A DNA stretch of 64,000 nucleotides from Styela clava (lineage: Eukaryota). Positions 10,193 through 24,577 of the stretch are shown one piece after another. The stretch lies in NCBI RefSeq assembly GCF_964204865.1, contig NC_135254.1:5208001-5272000 (forward strand), given 5' to 3'. The position numbers and the translations under genes were made by a program. The notes under the pieces are model-generated. The model ran no database searches. It was not told where the DNA came from and worked only from the letters and a program-made list of their open reading frames with translations. Positions within the stretch are counted from its first letter, which is position 1. The number at the start of each line of letters is the position of its first letter.

Positions 10193-13073
10193 TGGGATAG
10201 AATTTACATATTCATCCCAGAAGAGAGGAAAGCATAAGATGATTTATTCATATGGCAAACCACAGTAGCGACTTATACCCGTGACCTGTAAGGCCTGGTA
10301 CGAGTCAAACCATCCCGGAAGGCCTATAAATTTTTAATCTATGAAGCAAAATGTGTACTATTTATTTTACCTATGGTCAGGGATGGCCAATATCGAATAG
10401 TTCACTATTTCGAATACATTCGAAATTATTTTTTTCGAATATCAAATTTCGAATACTTCGAAAATAAAATCCACTAATTGAGTTGAACTAAGTTCCAACC
10501 TAGCCAAATTACCAGGCATTTCATATTTGCAGATTATTGCAGTATATATTTTATATACCATTAGTCATGTTAACAGAATTAAATCAATACGACAATAGTG
10601 GAATCGATGATGGATTTGAATATTTGCGCAACACAAAATCATCCTAGTAAAACGCCATTACTTTTAAATACCAACCATTATCCAAATTATTTGTCAAAAA
10701 GCGGGATGAGGTATGAGGTATTTTTCCGACTTGTGACAATTTTTTCGTGAGTACAAAAATACGAATCAAAAATTAATTATATTCGGGAACTTTACCACAC
10801 ATTTTAAGTCTGCAGATCGCCGTTGTATGTTTGAGTAATAATACTTTCATTATTTCATAAATATGAAAATAGGAATCAAAAACTATTTATAATCGGGTAG
10901 TTTACCCCAGGGCTGGGGAGTCGGAGCTGGAGCTTGGAGCCATGGAGCCGTGACATTTTGATGGAGCCGGAGTCGGAGTTGAGCTGGCCATGATAGATGG
11001 AGCTGGAGCCAGAGCCGGAGCTGCCAGAATTTTCAGCGGCTCCAGCTCCTGACGATAGAATTATTTTTTTTTTTTACTTTTCTGATTTTTTAATAATTTC
11101 TAGGGTTGAGAAATAATAATTTTAATTCTATAATTTCTGGCGTCTCCAAACACTTAACAGAACTAAATAGTTGTATAATTAATCAAGTTACTATTGTTCT
11201 AAAGTAAATAGTGTTGGATTATATCACGGATCTTGGTATTTTTAAACGGCGATAACGATTTGGCAAGATCGCAAAAATATGAATCAAAATTAATTATAAT
11301 CGGGCAGTTTTCCACACATTTTACGTCCGTATCTTGTCATTTATGTTAGAGATGCTTTTATTATTTCGTAAGTCGAAGCTACATTGAGTTACTTTGAACA
11401 GAATAGAAACAATGAGGCAAGTGCTGGTATCGGTAATGGGTTACATTTTTAGCACAATAGAAAATTATTTTCTGACAAGTCGTTTTTTTTTAAATATTAT
11501 AAAAAAAATTATTCGCCAAAGCGCAGGAAAAAGTATAAATTATATTTTCCTAATCTTCCCAATGAAGCAACTTATTTTTCCGACTTGCGGAAGTTTATTG
11601 GGGTATCGTAACAAAACGTATGAAAACAACTTATTTAATATATGACACGTGTGAACATAATAATATTCAAATTTTGATTTCACTTCCATTCGCTCGCGGG
11701 ATTGGCAAGAATAAACGCTTTGCGGGAAGGTTTTCTAAAAGTGAGTGCGTTTAGTTATTAATAATAACTTTACATAATTAATAATTTCCCGACGTAACTG
11801 GAAATAAATACGAAAATGGCGACAATATCCACCACGCAACCGTAAAAGAATGCTGTAACGCGCACTAAAAAATAAATATATATACCAAACAATCTAACAA
11901 TTCTATTTTGTCGTCTTAAAAACACATGACAAAGTGCATACAATCGTTTGAAGATTTTGCTCGGAAACGAAACAAACAAACAGCTTGCGAAAAGTGACTA
12001 TTACTTTAAAATTTGAAAAAGTATCGGAATACTTTGATATAGCAATATGGACTGATAAAGTTATTTTGTCGTGAAAAATAGCGGTAATGCATTCTGATAT
12101 ACTGTTTTCTGTGAAACTTAAGTTTCATGCTTGAGAACTACAAGCAGTCGCGGTCGTTAACGGGGTTGCACACTTAATTCATTTTTTGCTTTACGATCAA
12201 ATTACCATATATATATATGTATACTAATATTTATTGATGTCGATTAGTGGCCAATGCAACCGGCTATTTTGCGATTACCTGATTACAACTCCTCACTGCT
12301 TTTCTTTTTCTAATAAATGGTATTTACTGGCAAGTGTTAAAAATACTTTTGTAGATAAAAAAAAAACAGACTACTTAAATTTCTCAGAAATATTATTTGC
12401 GAATAATTTGATTTCGGCGATCTAAAAAATCTCATTGCCGCTAACGACTACTAGTAAAAAACAAAACTATATTGCAAAGAGGGGCGTTTTGACTATTTGG
12501 GAATCCCTAAATATTATGTAATATTTCCGAATTTAGATCTGAAGTGTCGTATATAAGGTTAGGTCATCGGCTTTCTCAGCTTGGTTGTATATGACGTAAA
12601 ATGGATTCCGAAAAAAATGCGATTAGTTTTCTTGTCTTCGTCTCATGAATTGCACCGCGATATAATGATGCGACGCGGTAGGTCACATGGAGTGTGTTCA
12701 GTGGATTTAGTCGAAATCGGGATTGCGCAATAATTGATTGTAGTACAGGTGTGGCTTGCGCAATACATCGGCAATTGTGGACAAGAAAAAAGCGATCGGC
12801 CGATCGCTAATTTACCTTTGTGACGTAACTAACAGTAAAGACCACGTAGACATGTCTGGGCATGTTCAAGCAATGCTGAAACATGACATGCTGGCTTGCA
12901 TGCCTAAGTGTCGGAATGGCCAGTTGATGTATATTGTATACGATACAATTTCTCGCTTGTAGAAAATGCTCACCGAATCTTAATGCCATTCATGACAATA
13001 TAATATTTCATTTTAAATAGTATTTAATATTAAATTAGAGAAAATTAATTTGTAAGAATGCAACCCTTGTACC

Positions 13074-14975
13074 ATGGCTTGCAAAAGTAAAAAGTCCGCA
13101 GTGTTCAAAAATTTCAAAGAGAGTGGAGATAAAAATGCACTAATCTGCCAAGTATTAAAGAAAGATGGGGCCGTTTGCAATCTCAGGTTCATCAATAAAA
13201 CTTCAAATTTGAAGCGGCATTTGGAAAGACATCATTTTGATGCCTTCGAACCTGTCAAAAAAGAAGACAGTGAAGACACAAAGAGAGACAGCGATATAAG
13301 TAGACAAACCTCTGTCTCAAGCTACTTCACAAGTCAAAAAGTGACCATTTCCATGACTAAAAGAAATTCCAGAGACATATCATACAGCTAGTGGTGAATA
13401 ATGCAGCTGCACTTCAACTGTTCTCTTCGAAAGCATTCCTCGGATTAAATGGAGAAATGGCCAACAAATTGGGAGTATCACTGGAGAGACATGATATAAA
13501 TTATAAGAGATATGGTGGTGAAGGAAGCCGAGTGTCAGAAAAGAGTGTTAAAGGATATATTACATGGGAAATTTTGTTTTTTGAAAATGGACGCTTGTAC
13601 TATACAGAGAACTAATTATTTCGCTATAAATGTTCAATTTGTGGATTATAAAAATGAAATAGCCATCCGTACATTATCAGTACGGGATACACAAGCTCAA
13701 CACACAAGTGAATTTATTCAAAAATTTGTTGAGGAAGTTCTGAGAGAGTTTGAAATTAGAAAAGAACATATATTAGCGATTGTGACAGATAATGCCTCTA
13801 ACATGACAAAAACAATAGAGAAACTTAATGCAGATATGATCGGGGACGAGGTTGAACGTGATGATGAGTTGAATGAAGGTGAATCAGATGAAGCTTTAGT
13901 TAGTGCTGTAAACAGCATAACAGCTGTTCATACAATTGAGCACATGCGGTGTGCAGTACATACCCTCCAGCTTGCTATTCGTGATGGTTTAAAAGAAAAG
14001 CATGTACACACTTTCCTAAGTAAGCTACGTCAAACCTCAGTCATGGCCAGGACGCCTAAAATAGATGCTATATTGAAGCGTAGAACAGGAAAAGGTGCAA
14101 TAATAGATCAAGCCACTAGGTGGGGTAGCACCTACTTAATGATTCAGCGGCTCTTAGAAATAAAAAACAGTTTAATTGACATGGCCAATCCAGACATAAC
14201 CTTGACTGATTTGCAATGGCGACAGACACATCAATTAGAAGAATTACTTCGGGAGCCCTATTTAGTCACCAAAAGGTTACAGGCACAAGATTTGACACCA
14301 GGGTCTTTTTATAAAGAGTGGAAAAACCTCATTTATAAACTTTCACAATCCAGTAGTATCATTGCAGATGCTATAAAAGCATCTATGCTGCGCAGAGAAA
14401 AATGTCTCCTCGATAACCCTGTATTATTAGCGGCTATTTATGTTGATCCTATGTACAGGGTTACCCTAAGTGAAGAACAGCTCAATAGAGGAAAAGCAGC
14501 GCTATGTGATATAGCTGTTCGAATGCACCGTGGATCACGAGCTACACAACTCGAAGACCAATCACTCTGTGCTAGTGGGCCTTTAAGGAACTTCTCTGAT
14601 TCTGGTTCCGAATGCGAAATAGATTTTGAAAAACACCTTGACATTGAAGCCAAACGTCGTCGAACAGAGAAGGAAAGTAGAAACTCAAATTCAGATCTAT
14701 CACCGCTTTCCAAATTCAAAAGAGACTTCTTTTATGCTTTAAATGATGTAGAAAAAATAGATCGCTCATATAAGTTTGATATTCTAAAAGCCATCCCAGA
14801 ATATCCAGAAATAGTTCAAAATGTGGCATATATGGTGACAGCATTGCCTCCAACCCAAGTTAGTGTGGAAGGATTGTTTTCGGCCCTGCGCATAATTCGT
14901 TCGGACCTGCGAGCCTCAATGAAAGAAGATTTAGTGGAAGCGATACTGTTCTTATTAAGAACAAATTCATTTTAA
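13074..14975 (+). pseudogene. hAT transposase (zf-BED, DDE core, C-terminal dimerisation domain) broken by two frameshifts
   Basis: BED finger CQV...C...SNLKRHLERHH; motifs MDACT, IVTDNASNM, RCAVHTLQL, TRWGS, PPTQVSVEGLFS. The coding frame shifts near 13360 (KFQRHIIQLVVNN) and returns near 13500. Confidence 0.88.
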
Positions 14976-15055
14976 ATGCTCGTATGAATTATGTGATGGC
15001 CATTCAATGTTCAATTAGTTTTTATTCACTTTAATTCCAATAACATTTAGTAATA

Positions 15056-15816
15056 TACTGTATTTCCCGGCAAAAAAGACGATGTCTATTTTTATAGCTA
15101 TCCAATAAGACGACAGAAAAATTGCTTTTCTGTTGGTCAGTTATGCACTAATATGCGCCATGCGGTAATAATTTTATATGGTTAGAAACAGATCTTGTTT
15201 GTTTGGTATAATCATACTCACAAAATTAACTATTCATAACAACGTGGTAATTTTAGGTTAAAAAGGTAGTGAAAATCATTTTGAATGTTGTAGGGAATAT
15301 GACAAATAACAGCTGGCAATACAAAGTCAATTAAATATCATGATTTGCAGACCCTTTGGCGTCTTCGAATACATACGGTAATTAAAACTACTTTTAATAG
15401 GCAAGTTGTTATTTTTGAGTGTTCCAAAATTCCATGTACAGAGATTATTGCATTACACGTTTTCTGTCCTGCATCGACTGTAGTTTATAGAATAGTGCTC
15501 AGAGTGCAATTCTATTGTTCAAAAGCAATTTACCAAGTGAAATTTGTGTTACATACTTATTCACAAATGTGATTTAATTTAAGTATGGCCGTGGTTCGCC
15601 ATATGTTTAAGCTCTTTTATCGGTTCCTATATGTAAATCTTTTCGTCTCAGAATAAAATATATCAACCCAAATGTACGGTCAACACAAATCATGTTTGAG
15701 AAAACATCTGCGAAAAATACGCTTATCAGTTGGCCACAGAAATCAAGCAAGCCTAGCTGCCCAATAAGATGCCTCAGGCCAAAAAATGGGGTCTATAACA
15801 GCCGGGGAATATAGTA
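15056..15816. mobile_element. pogo/Tigger-like non-autonomous element inside the hAT 3' region
   Basis: Ends ta-ctgtatttcccggc ... gccggggaatatag-ta; interior similar to the copies at 16991 and 59257. Confidence 0.7.
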
Positions 15817-16990
15817 ATATAAGATATCCATTGAAACTCACAATATTAAGTGTTAACTTGATTTTTCATGATTCCCTTACCAAGTGTGTGATAAAATCAT
15901 GAAATAAATAACAGTGAGGCATTGACTTTTTGTGAATGATAAGCTTAGCGGTACTATCAAATACATTATAGTGTGCGAAGCCGGAGCTGGAGCCAGCTCC
16001 GGGCTGAAAAAATGAAGCTCCGGAGTTGGGAGTCGGAGCCATAGCCCGAATATACTCTGGCTCTGGAGTTGGAGCTGGAGCCACACTGATTTTAAGCCAG
16101 CTCCCCAGCCCTGGTTTACCCACACATTCATTCTAAGTCCACAGATCGCCGTTGTATTTTGTAAATACGAAAATAGGAATCAAAAATTAATATTAATCGC
16201 GAGTTTGCCACACAATTTATGTCCACAGATTGCCGTGATATTGTGTCGAATATAATTAGTTTTTGATTCTTATTTTCGTACTCACGAAAAATTGTCACAA
16301 GTCGCAAAAAGAATTTATACTTTATCCGGCTCTTGGGAACTAATTGGGATAATGGTTGCCATTGGTTTGTATTTAAAAGTATGGACATTTTACTAGGATG
16401 ATTTTGTGCTGCGCAAAATATCCGAATCCATGACCGATACCACTACTTAAAATGCCTTACCGTGTTAATTTAATTCTATTATCATAACTCAAATGTTGGT
16501 AAATCGGGCAGTTTACCACACATTTTAAGGCCACAGATCGCCGTTGCATTTTAGAATTATAATAGTTTTATTATTTTGTAAATACGAATCCGGAATTAAT
16601 TATAATTGGGCAGTTTACCACGTATTTCATGTCCACAAATACCCGTTGTATTTGGTATTACCGGTAATACTTTCATTATTTTATCAATATAAAAAAAGGA
16701 ATCAATATTTAATAATATCGGTCAGTTTACTACACATTTTATGTCCACAGATTGTCGATACAACCATGAGTTACGTTGAACAGAATTAAATTAATACGGC
16801 ATGACATTTTAAATGCTGGTACCAGTCATGAATTGAATTATTTTGCGCAACAAAAAATCATCCTGGTAATGGATCGATACTTTCAACTATCGTTATCAGA
16901 ATTATTTGCCAGAAATTATTTTCTAATAAATCGACTTGTTTTTCCAACTTGTGACAATTTATTGGATATCGTAACAATGACGGCTATAAA

Positions 16991-17530
16991 TACCGTATTT
17001 CCCCGCTAATAAGTCCACATGGCAAATAGGACAATGTCTATTTTTAGCACTCAAAAAAGGGGTTTTTCCATATAGACCTCCAATAAGACTGGTAGAAAAA
17101 TTGTGTCCCTGTGATAAGCGCTAATAATTTTATATGTTTAGAACCAGATCATGTTAGTTTGGTAGAATCATACTCACAGAATTAACTATTTTTAACAAAT
17201 TTAGCGGTAAATTTAAGTTGTAAAGCGGCAATCATTTTAGACAACCTATTAACCCGAATGTCGAAATAATTTTGGAATGTGATAAGTACTACACTGTACG
17301 TCCACAGGTTCACAGCTGTGTTTTCCTATCCCTGTCGTATTCTGCTGAATCGGCAAAACGAAAGGCTCACTTTATCTCGGTGGCCGTGTTTCTCTTTAAA
17401 GTAACGATAACCAGCCTGCGATTAAATATCATGATTGGCAGACCCTAAGACCCAAATATAAGGTTACACAAATCATGCTTGGGAAGACTCATGCGAATAA
17501 TAAGCAGGCCACATAGAAATAAAATAAACA
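16991..17530. mobile_element. Truncated copy of the same pogo/Tigger-like family
   Basis: Left end taccgtatttccccgctaataag; shared internal blocks (catactcacagaattaactatt, attaaatatcatgattggcagacc). Confidence 0.65.
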
Positions 17531-19951
17531 TACTTTCTCAATTTTTCGACGTAATGGAAATGAATTTGTAAATCAAAGGCCACGTACACGAATGTCGGCA
17601 ATGTCCACCCACGCAAACGTGCAAATGTGTCGCAACACTATGCGACGTACGGTCGCACAGAATATAAACAATCAAAAGGCCGATTCTATTTCATCGTCAT
17701 TACAATAAGTGAAACAGCGTAAAAAGTCGTTTGAAGATTCCCGTTAAAAGGAAACACCACGTTTACGGCCAAAAATGGCTACTATTCGGAATTATTCGAA
17801 AATCAGCCGAAAAGGTATTCGAATACTTTGATATTCGAATATTCGATTCGTTTTGGACAACCCTGCCTATGGTAACTACTAGTTTATTTAGGAACTACTG
17901 GGTGAATATTGCTCGTGGAACAAAAAGTCTGTATATGCTAATACCTAACTCCTAGGCTGGTATAACGAAAAGATATCCATAACATGACAAGGTGAAAGAT
18001 CTGATTTACTTTTCTTGATCAAAGTATCTCTGACTAGAACAAACTCCTGTAATATCCATGTTTGCAGATAGTTTTCCAGTAAGAGGCATTACAGATACCT
18101 AAATCGACCATTAATTGCGTTGAAGCAATAATTAATTTGACCCTTTATGTGAGGGAATTTACTAAAAGCAAGGTCCCACGCACTCGGAAATGGAAAATAT
18201 ATCTCTGAGTGAAGTTTCGGGCGACCATTAAAGTGTCAACTACTAAGACTACAAAGCAGTGGTTCCCAACCACTGATACATCTAACATATGTTTTTTTAA
18301 ACTGACGCTAATTGTTCGAATTTGATCCCAATTAGTTTCTATTCCCAAAGTAGAGCACTTGCATAAAAAATTCAGTAAAACAAAATTATACAGGTACAAT
18401 AAAAAGATCAAAAAATATCACCCACATTTACATTGTTAATCCAATTTCAAGCTGTATTGTCCATTTTGTTTACCATGTTGTGATTAGCAGAGTAGATTTA
18501 AAGATTAGGTTTATTTTAATTTACAGATTAGGCATATAAACAAAAAATTTAAAATAGATACACACACTCCTCTACCCATATATGCACCCAAATGCCACTG
18601 CCCCAATGCACAAAAATATATACACCTGAACAGACACAATTCCTCACATATCTAAGTTTTCAATAATTTCGTTTATTAAATATGAAATCAAGAGATTTGC
18701 ACTACAGTATTACATTTGTTCGATTTGTTATAATTATGGCATAACAGATTTATGTATCAGATCATCCATGTGTTCAAAGAGAAGTAATTCCTCTCTTTGA
18801 GCACTGGTCATCTGGTTCAAAGTCCCAATCAATTTGCACTTATACTACTTTGCCAATTTCATCGTATTGGACTGAATTCCCATTTGTACAAATTGTAAAG
18901 TATTTCATTGAGCTATCTTTGTCAACTTTCTTCTCCCAATAACAATATAATATATTCAAATCCCGATATAAGGTCATATTCCCATTCTATCTTCTACTAC
19001 ACTGAAGTGCACAAATGCTTCCACCAAGCTAACTAACTAAGAAATCATAAAGTATAAACTAAGTAAATATTTTTGCATTGCATATGATTGTAGAAAAATA
19101 AAACAGTTGTATAAACAATTAATTATACATACTGACATTTGAAATCTGATGTTGATAATCCAGTATTCGTCCATATCCATTTGTATTGAATATTGTCCAC
19201 ATTCCATCATAAGCATTGTATGATATTGCAGATAAATAATTATTTATTTTATATTAGCATGGAAAAACAGAGGATTTCAAAAAATTAGACGGAAAATTTG
19301 AAAACCTATCATGCTACTAGTATTTTCTTTTTTTCCTGTCTCTGTTATGCAAACAAGCCTTTTGGCAGATTAATTTCATACAAACTAAGCTTATGTGATA
19401 AATTTCACACATTAGAAATTTATGTTGACAAAATATATGTTATTTAATGCAAGATCTGCATTTGTTTGCTGGCCATTAACTGTTCCCAATTTGGAGATAT
19501 GATTGACAATGATACATGGAATGTGTCTCTTACATCCAGCCTACTTAGATATTTCGTTTGTGTAATTGTCAATATTCAAACCTGGCCTCAAATATGATGT
19601 CAGGAAAGGTAACAATGCCTCTAATCTAATCTCAGATCTTTTGGAATTTTGTCTCATTGCAGATTATCACCAGAATATACCGGTGAGGCGGTGTTAACAG
19701 TATAAATTTCATATTAATACCAAGCAAGATTAAATTTACAGAATATGATAGTAGCATCCAATGATATAGTATAGTCAAATCCAAATACATAAATATTATA
19801 TTTGTCAAATTGCCAAGCAATAAGCATGCAATTAGTAAAAATTTGCTTACAATTAACCAAGGCAACATCTGTGTTGAAGGAATCAATATACATTAATACA
19901 TAACCAAAGATGTGGAGGCAAAAACTTTAACACTCAAACATCACTGACTAT

Positions 19952-20259
19952 TAGAGGTAGGATCGGGCCCAAAAGTTCCAGCCCGATCCAGGCCCGTGGG
20001 TATTAAACCCGAACTAAGCCCGACTAGTTAAACTGGATTTGTAGGCCCGAGACCGAAATTTCATATTTCTTTAGGAGTTCTTTGAATTGTCATTGCAAGA
20101 GTTTAGTACAGTATGTGTCATGTTGATGAGGCAACTTATTTTTTTTGCCAGACTACAGTCTCTCGTGGCCAAAACGCCTGATTTAGAAAAAAAGTCAATG
20201 ATAGAGTAGCCCGACCCAGCCTGAAGTTCGGTCAAGTCGGGCTTCAGATCTTAGCTCTA
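19952..20259. mobile_element. hAT MITE with GCCCGA subterminal repeats
   Basis: TIRs tagaggtaggatc / gatcttagctcta; TSD ctgactat at 19944-19951 and 20260-20267. Confidence 0.85.
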
Positions 20260-21229
20260 CTGACTATATGCTGAATAATACAATTAGTTTGAACCATGAG
20301 ACTCTTTGAAATTCATGGAAGAGAAGGGTTATAATTTACCTAATAACAAAAATGGAATCACTTGATTATTATACTATACCAAGGACTTTCTGGAAATCTT
20401 TTTCATAGTACGCAAAAACCTCTTACTGTCTTAGCATACACCAGAATAATGCTTATCTTTTATCAATATATTACCATTTTTATTATTTTTTTTAATGTAT
20501 AAAACTGCCTCCAGCCTCTTAGTATCAGTAGCGTGCGCAACGACTTTGTATATATTTAAAACTTCCCTTGGCTTCTGAATTCATTAATATTGTCCGGTAT
20601 GTTTACTCGAATGCGCTACTGCGCCGGGAAACCAATAGTCCGTAGCGCAGCCATGGAAACACTTTTCTTTTTGGCGTTTTTGCCAAATAAATTCCAATGC
20701 CGAACAGAATTTCCGTATAGAGATTTTAGTGTCGAATTAGTATAAATTACCCCAATATTTTTTTTTATATTATGATTTAACAGTTTCATAATTTTTAACC
20801 ACATTCACCACAAGTTCAAGTAGTAGAAGTAAAAATTAAACTATAAAACCATACCATCACCAGAATTTTGTATCATATGTAATCCAATGTAAGTCCACCG
20901 AAAATAAGTTAATCCATATTATCATACAGCTGTACAGTCGTCATCCAATTTGTGTACCGTTATACATTTTGTATATATTTACCAGTAATTAAACGGATTA
21001 GTTAATATTTTGCATGGAAATTATAAAGTAGAAAAATTAGACGGAAAATCAGAAAACAACCAAAGTAGGTGTTTTGGCATTTTCTATTCAGTATCTATGT
21101 ATTAATATTTAATCTGAATTATTCATAAGTTTCGACATTTGAATATTCTCATAAACTGATAAAAGAGCCTATTCATCAAATCTGGTGTTGCATGAAAATT
21201 GTCACATTATGATGGATCTACGTACAGAC

Positions 21230-22115
21230 GTATGAGATCATCCATGTATCAGTCAAAAATGCACCGTTTATTATTCTTTGCAAAATGCAATAAATTTGAT
21301 ATTGACATAACTGATCAGACCGCCGTCGGGTGCGGACGTGAAATATCGACGGTGGAATAGCTACTGGAGTAAGAAATATTTGGACGAAAACTTGGAAAGC
21401 CGGACGAATATAAACCCTACTGAGAAGATACATACAAACTTAAATCAAAACGATGCTGTTGGATATAGTACCGAAACGATACGGATCAGTTCACATCAGA
21501 CCATGCTGCCTGCGTGGAGTTTATCATGGAGAATGAAGCTGGGAATAACACGAACAGTTAAAGTCAAATGTAACGGATATTTGATGATGGATTCCATAAA
21601 AAAGACTAGCCTACTTACACAAAGCACATGAATTTTGATTAAAACTAAAGTTGGAACGCCAGGGCGTGGAATGCTCTTGTCATAGTTTACTTGGTTTGTT
21701 GTTGTTTACTTTTACGCTGCTTTTATTATTGTTGTTTATCGTCCGGTATTAGTTGAGTGCATTTGTAATCAAATCAATTTTATCACATATTGCGCACCGT
21801 TTGTTTGTTTGTTGTGTTCTACAATTCTCGCTAGTCCCTTGTACAGATATAGTAGAAATTACACTCCATGTTGAAACTCCACAGTCAAGTATTTACGCCC
21901 GGATTATTTTTCGTGTCTCTCTTTTTTATTTAAATTCACTTCAATGTGTTGTTTGCTGTGTGGGGTAAGTGGGCACGTGCACCAGCACGTCTTAAATCTT
22001 TTTTAGATTTTGCCCACTTTCCTGATTTTCCGTACATTTGTTTGTTTTGCCCTGTATTGCCTATTTGTTTTGTTGTAACGGAAAATTGAAATAAACACTT
22101 ACTTACACTTACTTG
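21230..22115 (+). mobile_element. Probable decayed non-LTR retrotransposon 3' portion
   Basis: T/G-rich 3'UTR-like tract ending in aataaa plus an (ACTT)n tail; broken coding-like sequence upstream. Confidence 0.4.
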
Positions 22116-24365
22116 TTTAGTCTTTCGGCCTATTGTACCGGTACCGGTATCTACCGTACCTGTTTACAGGTTTACCAGTAATCTATTTTGACTACCGGTA
22201 CCGTATTTTTCTATTACGGTACTTGATAGGATTTCTCTCCATTATATTGGAAGAGATTCCCATGCTTGCTTCAACTCACTGATTCATTTGAAATTGAACA
22301 TTTCAGCATTTATTTTCAGTATTCCATAAACTTCTTTTTCTAAAACTACCCTACTCATTGTAATATTTTGTAATTGTGGATAAATTCTCCTGGATAGGAC
22401 ACGATACCGGTATCGAGTTAGTTCCATTTTATTCTTATCTAAGATTAATGGATTATGCCAAATAATCTCCGAGTACCTGTAGTCCGGTACCGGTACCACC
22501 TTCGTTGGTTATTCAATTAACAGCGGTTGCCATGGCCAACGGCCGGCCATTTTGTACTATCTTTTATTTAACACTGTAACAGTTTCGCATATTAGTCACA
22601 TAACAATCAAAAACTATCTAAAAGGAATCTCTCTATCAATGTATGTTTTTGCTAGCAAACATCTGCTACTGGGTATTAGCGTACCGTACCCAAATTATCA
22701 CAAAAAATCAGCACACAATAAGGTAGAAATTTTAAAAGGTAAGATTTCCCCAACGGCCGGCAACCAACTTGCCTAGAGTTAAACAAGTTCATGAACGCCA
22801 TCTTGTGCCACATTTGGAAAACTCGAAACAATGGTGTCTTATGGGAAATTTTCGTTGTGTTGTTGTACCGAATCGAATAAGTCCGCTGCTATAAGGGCTA
22901 GAATGAAACTGAAGGGTGGATTTTAAACTTTAAGATATATGCTATCTAAATATTTAGCGCATTGAAGAATAAAAAACTATCGAGTGCGTTAAATTTGACC
23001 ACAAACACAGCGTAGAAACATTTTTGGTCATTTTTTCAAAGATTTTATAGTGATACGCCAATTTGAGGCTGTAAAATGACTCCGCAACAATCCTACAATG
23101 TCATTTGTTCTTCTAGCGCAGCTTAGAGCTGAGCGGTAGGGCATTATAGGGCTTGACAGACGAAAAATGTTAACCAGAAAATAGAAACGGCCATTGAAGC
23201 AAAGTTGGGTCGGCCGGTAATTTCGACGAATAAATACAACTTTTCATCTGTGACGTCATAAGGAACGCCATTGTCAAATGATTAATTATGACGATGGGAA
23301 TGGCCAATTTACTTCGAAAGCAACTCGGAACCGGTATACTTGTCTTCAAAGACGATTTAATGTACTATAAATGTAATTTGGCGAACATGAAAGGATATAA
23401 GCATGTACGGCTAAGATTCTACTTGAAAACGCGACCTTCCAAATTTTTCTACCTAAAATATTAGTGAAAATAATAGGTATGTTTCAACAATTGTGTTGGA
23501 ACTTCTCATAAGGCGCCGTGTTAAATTGCCGAGAACAAGTTTCCCCCGAGCATCGACTTTCTTATTTACTTCGTAACATTGGCCAATCAGCAAGATGCAA
23601 AATCTGACGCACGAATGGGTCCTTTCGATTGCACTAAGTCAGAGTATAGGGATTTCAATGGTGATAAAGTAAGTCAAAACTTCATACTAATGCTCAAAAC
23701 TCATCATTTTACTAAGCGTTCTTAACAGTATGTCAGGAAGGTTTTGTTATTAAACACTGCATAAGCATCGAGTAACTATCGCCCGTCTATTATTATAATT
23801 AGTCAATCGGAAAACGTTTCTATTATTCTGCCCACTGAATTAAAAGAGTTCGTCAAATTATCGAGCATTTCCGTGTAATTGTAAACATTTTTCTTCCGAA
23901 GCGACTGCAGACAGGGCACAATTACTTATTTGATTACATCGTTCTGCGTTTCCCTTGTCCCAGTGCAGTCAGTCATAGAAATCCAATCATATCATACTAA
24001 TTGTTATTGTCATACCTACAAAGGCAGATTTCTATTAGTTTTAAGGAGTGTGAAAAGACGTAAACGGTAGAAAAACAATTTTAAACATTCTTCTATACTC
24101 GAAGTTCTACCAAGTACATGCAGCTTTAAATTAGCTTCAGTGAGTAAATATGTTCCTTTCCGGTATTTCAGAATGAAGATTACAGCTATATTCGTAGTTC
24201 TACTGTTCAAAGGTATGTCATTTCTTTTTGAGAATTTTCTTGAAAAAAAGAACATTCACGAAGATGTAAAGAACATTCGGCGCCCCTTTAGTATACAATC
24301 TCAATAAAATAGAGAGAGAAATTTTCTATTTCGTCAACCAGAAAAAGCATTGCAATTATTAAAAG

Positions 24366-24577
24366 GGTACTCCCGTAGTGTATGTACCAGGGAGGGTTGG
24401 GTCATAATATTATTTCGATTTTCTATATTTTAGTTTCTTGCGAGTTCGGGGACTGTCTGTGTCAGCCAAGTGAATACACCCCCGGCCCATAGATTTCAGT
24501 CCCTTTACACAACTTGATTCAAAGTAGGCGAAAAAAATTAGTTACCTCCATATTGGTACATACATTTCTGGAGCGCC
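24366..24577 (-). mobile_element. ~210-bp MITE subfamily related to the TTAGGG MITE (other copies 38001-38214, ~38931-39139, ~45679-45886, and an interrupted copy ~32779-33227)
   Basis: Shared core gctaacacagacagtcccgaactcgtaatagaactaaaat...aataaaattatggcctaacc and ggtactcccg ends. Confidence 0.75.

Larger units (their letters stand above)
10908..16113 (+). mobile_element. Full-length hAT transposon (5.2 kb) with GGAGC(C/T) subterminal repeats
   Basis: 13-bp perfect TIR cagggctggggag / ctccccagccctg; TSD gtttaccc at 10900-10907 and 16114-16121; contains a transposase gene. Confidence 0.95.
10378..17865. mobile_element. Outer non-autonomous hAT element with TTCGAA subterminal repeats, hosting nested insertions
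   Basis: TIRs cagggatggccaa / ttggacaaccctg; perfect 8-bp TSD cctatggt at 10370-10377 and 17866-17873. Confidence 0.9.

Noticed and set aside
9011-10325. tRNA- or SINE-like fragments (~9011-9065, ~10195-10325, also ~27579-27690)
   Set aside because: No complete cloverleaf or clear A and B boxes; probably SINE debris, but boundaries cannot be supported.
18600-21000. Possible relic minus-strand coding exons and a short local duplication (~19255 vs ~21010)
   Set aside because: Frames contain stops and I could not recognise any domain; a tBLASTx search would be needed.
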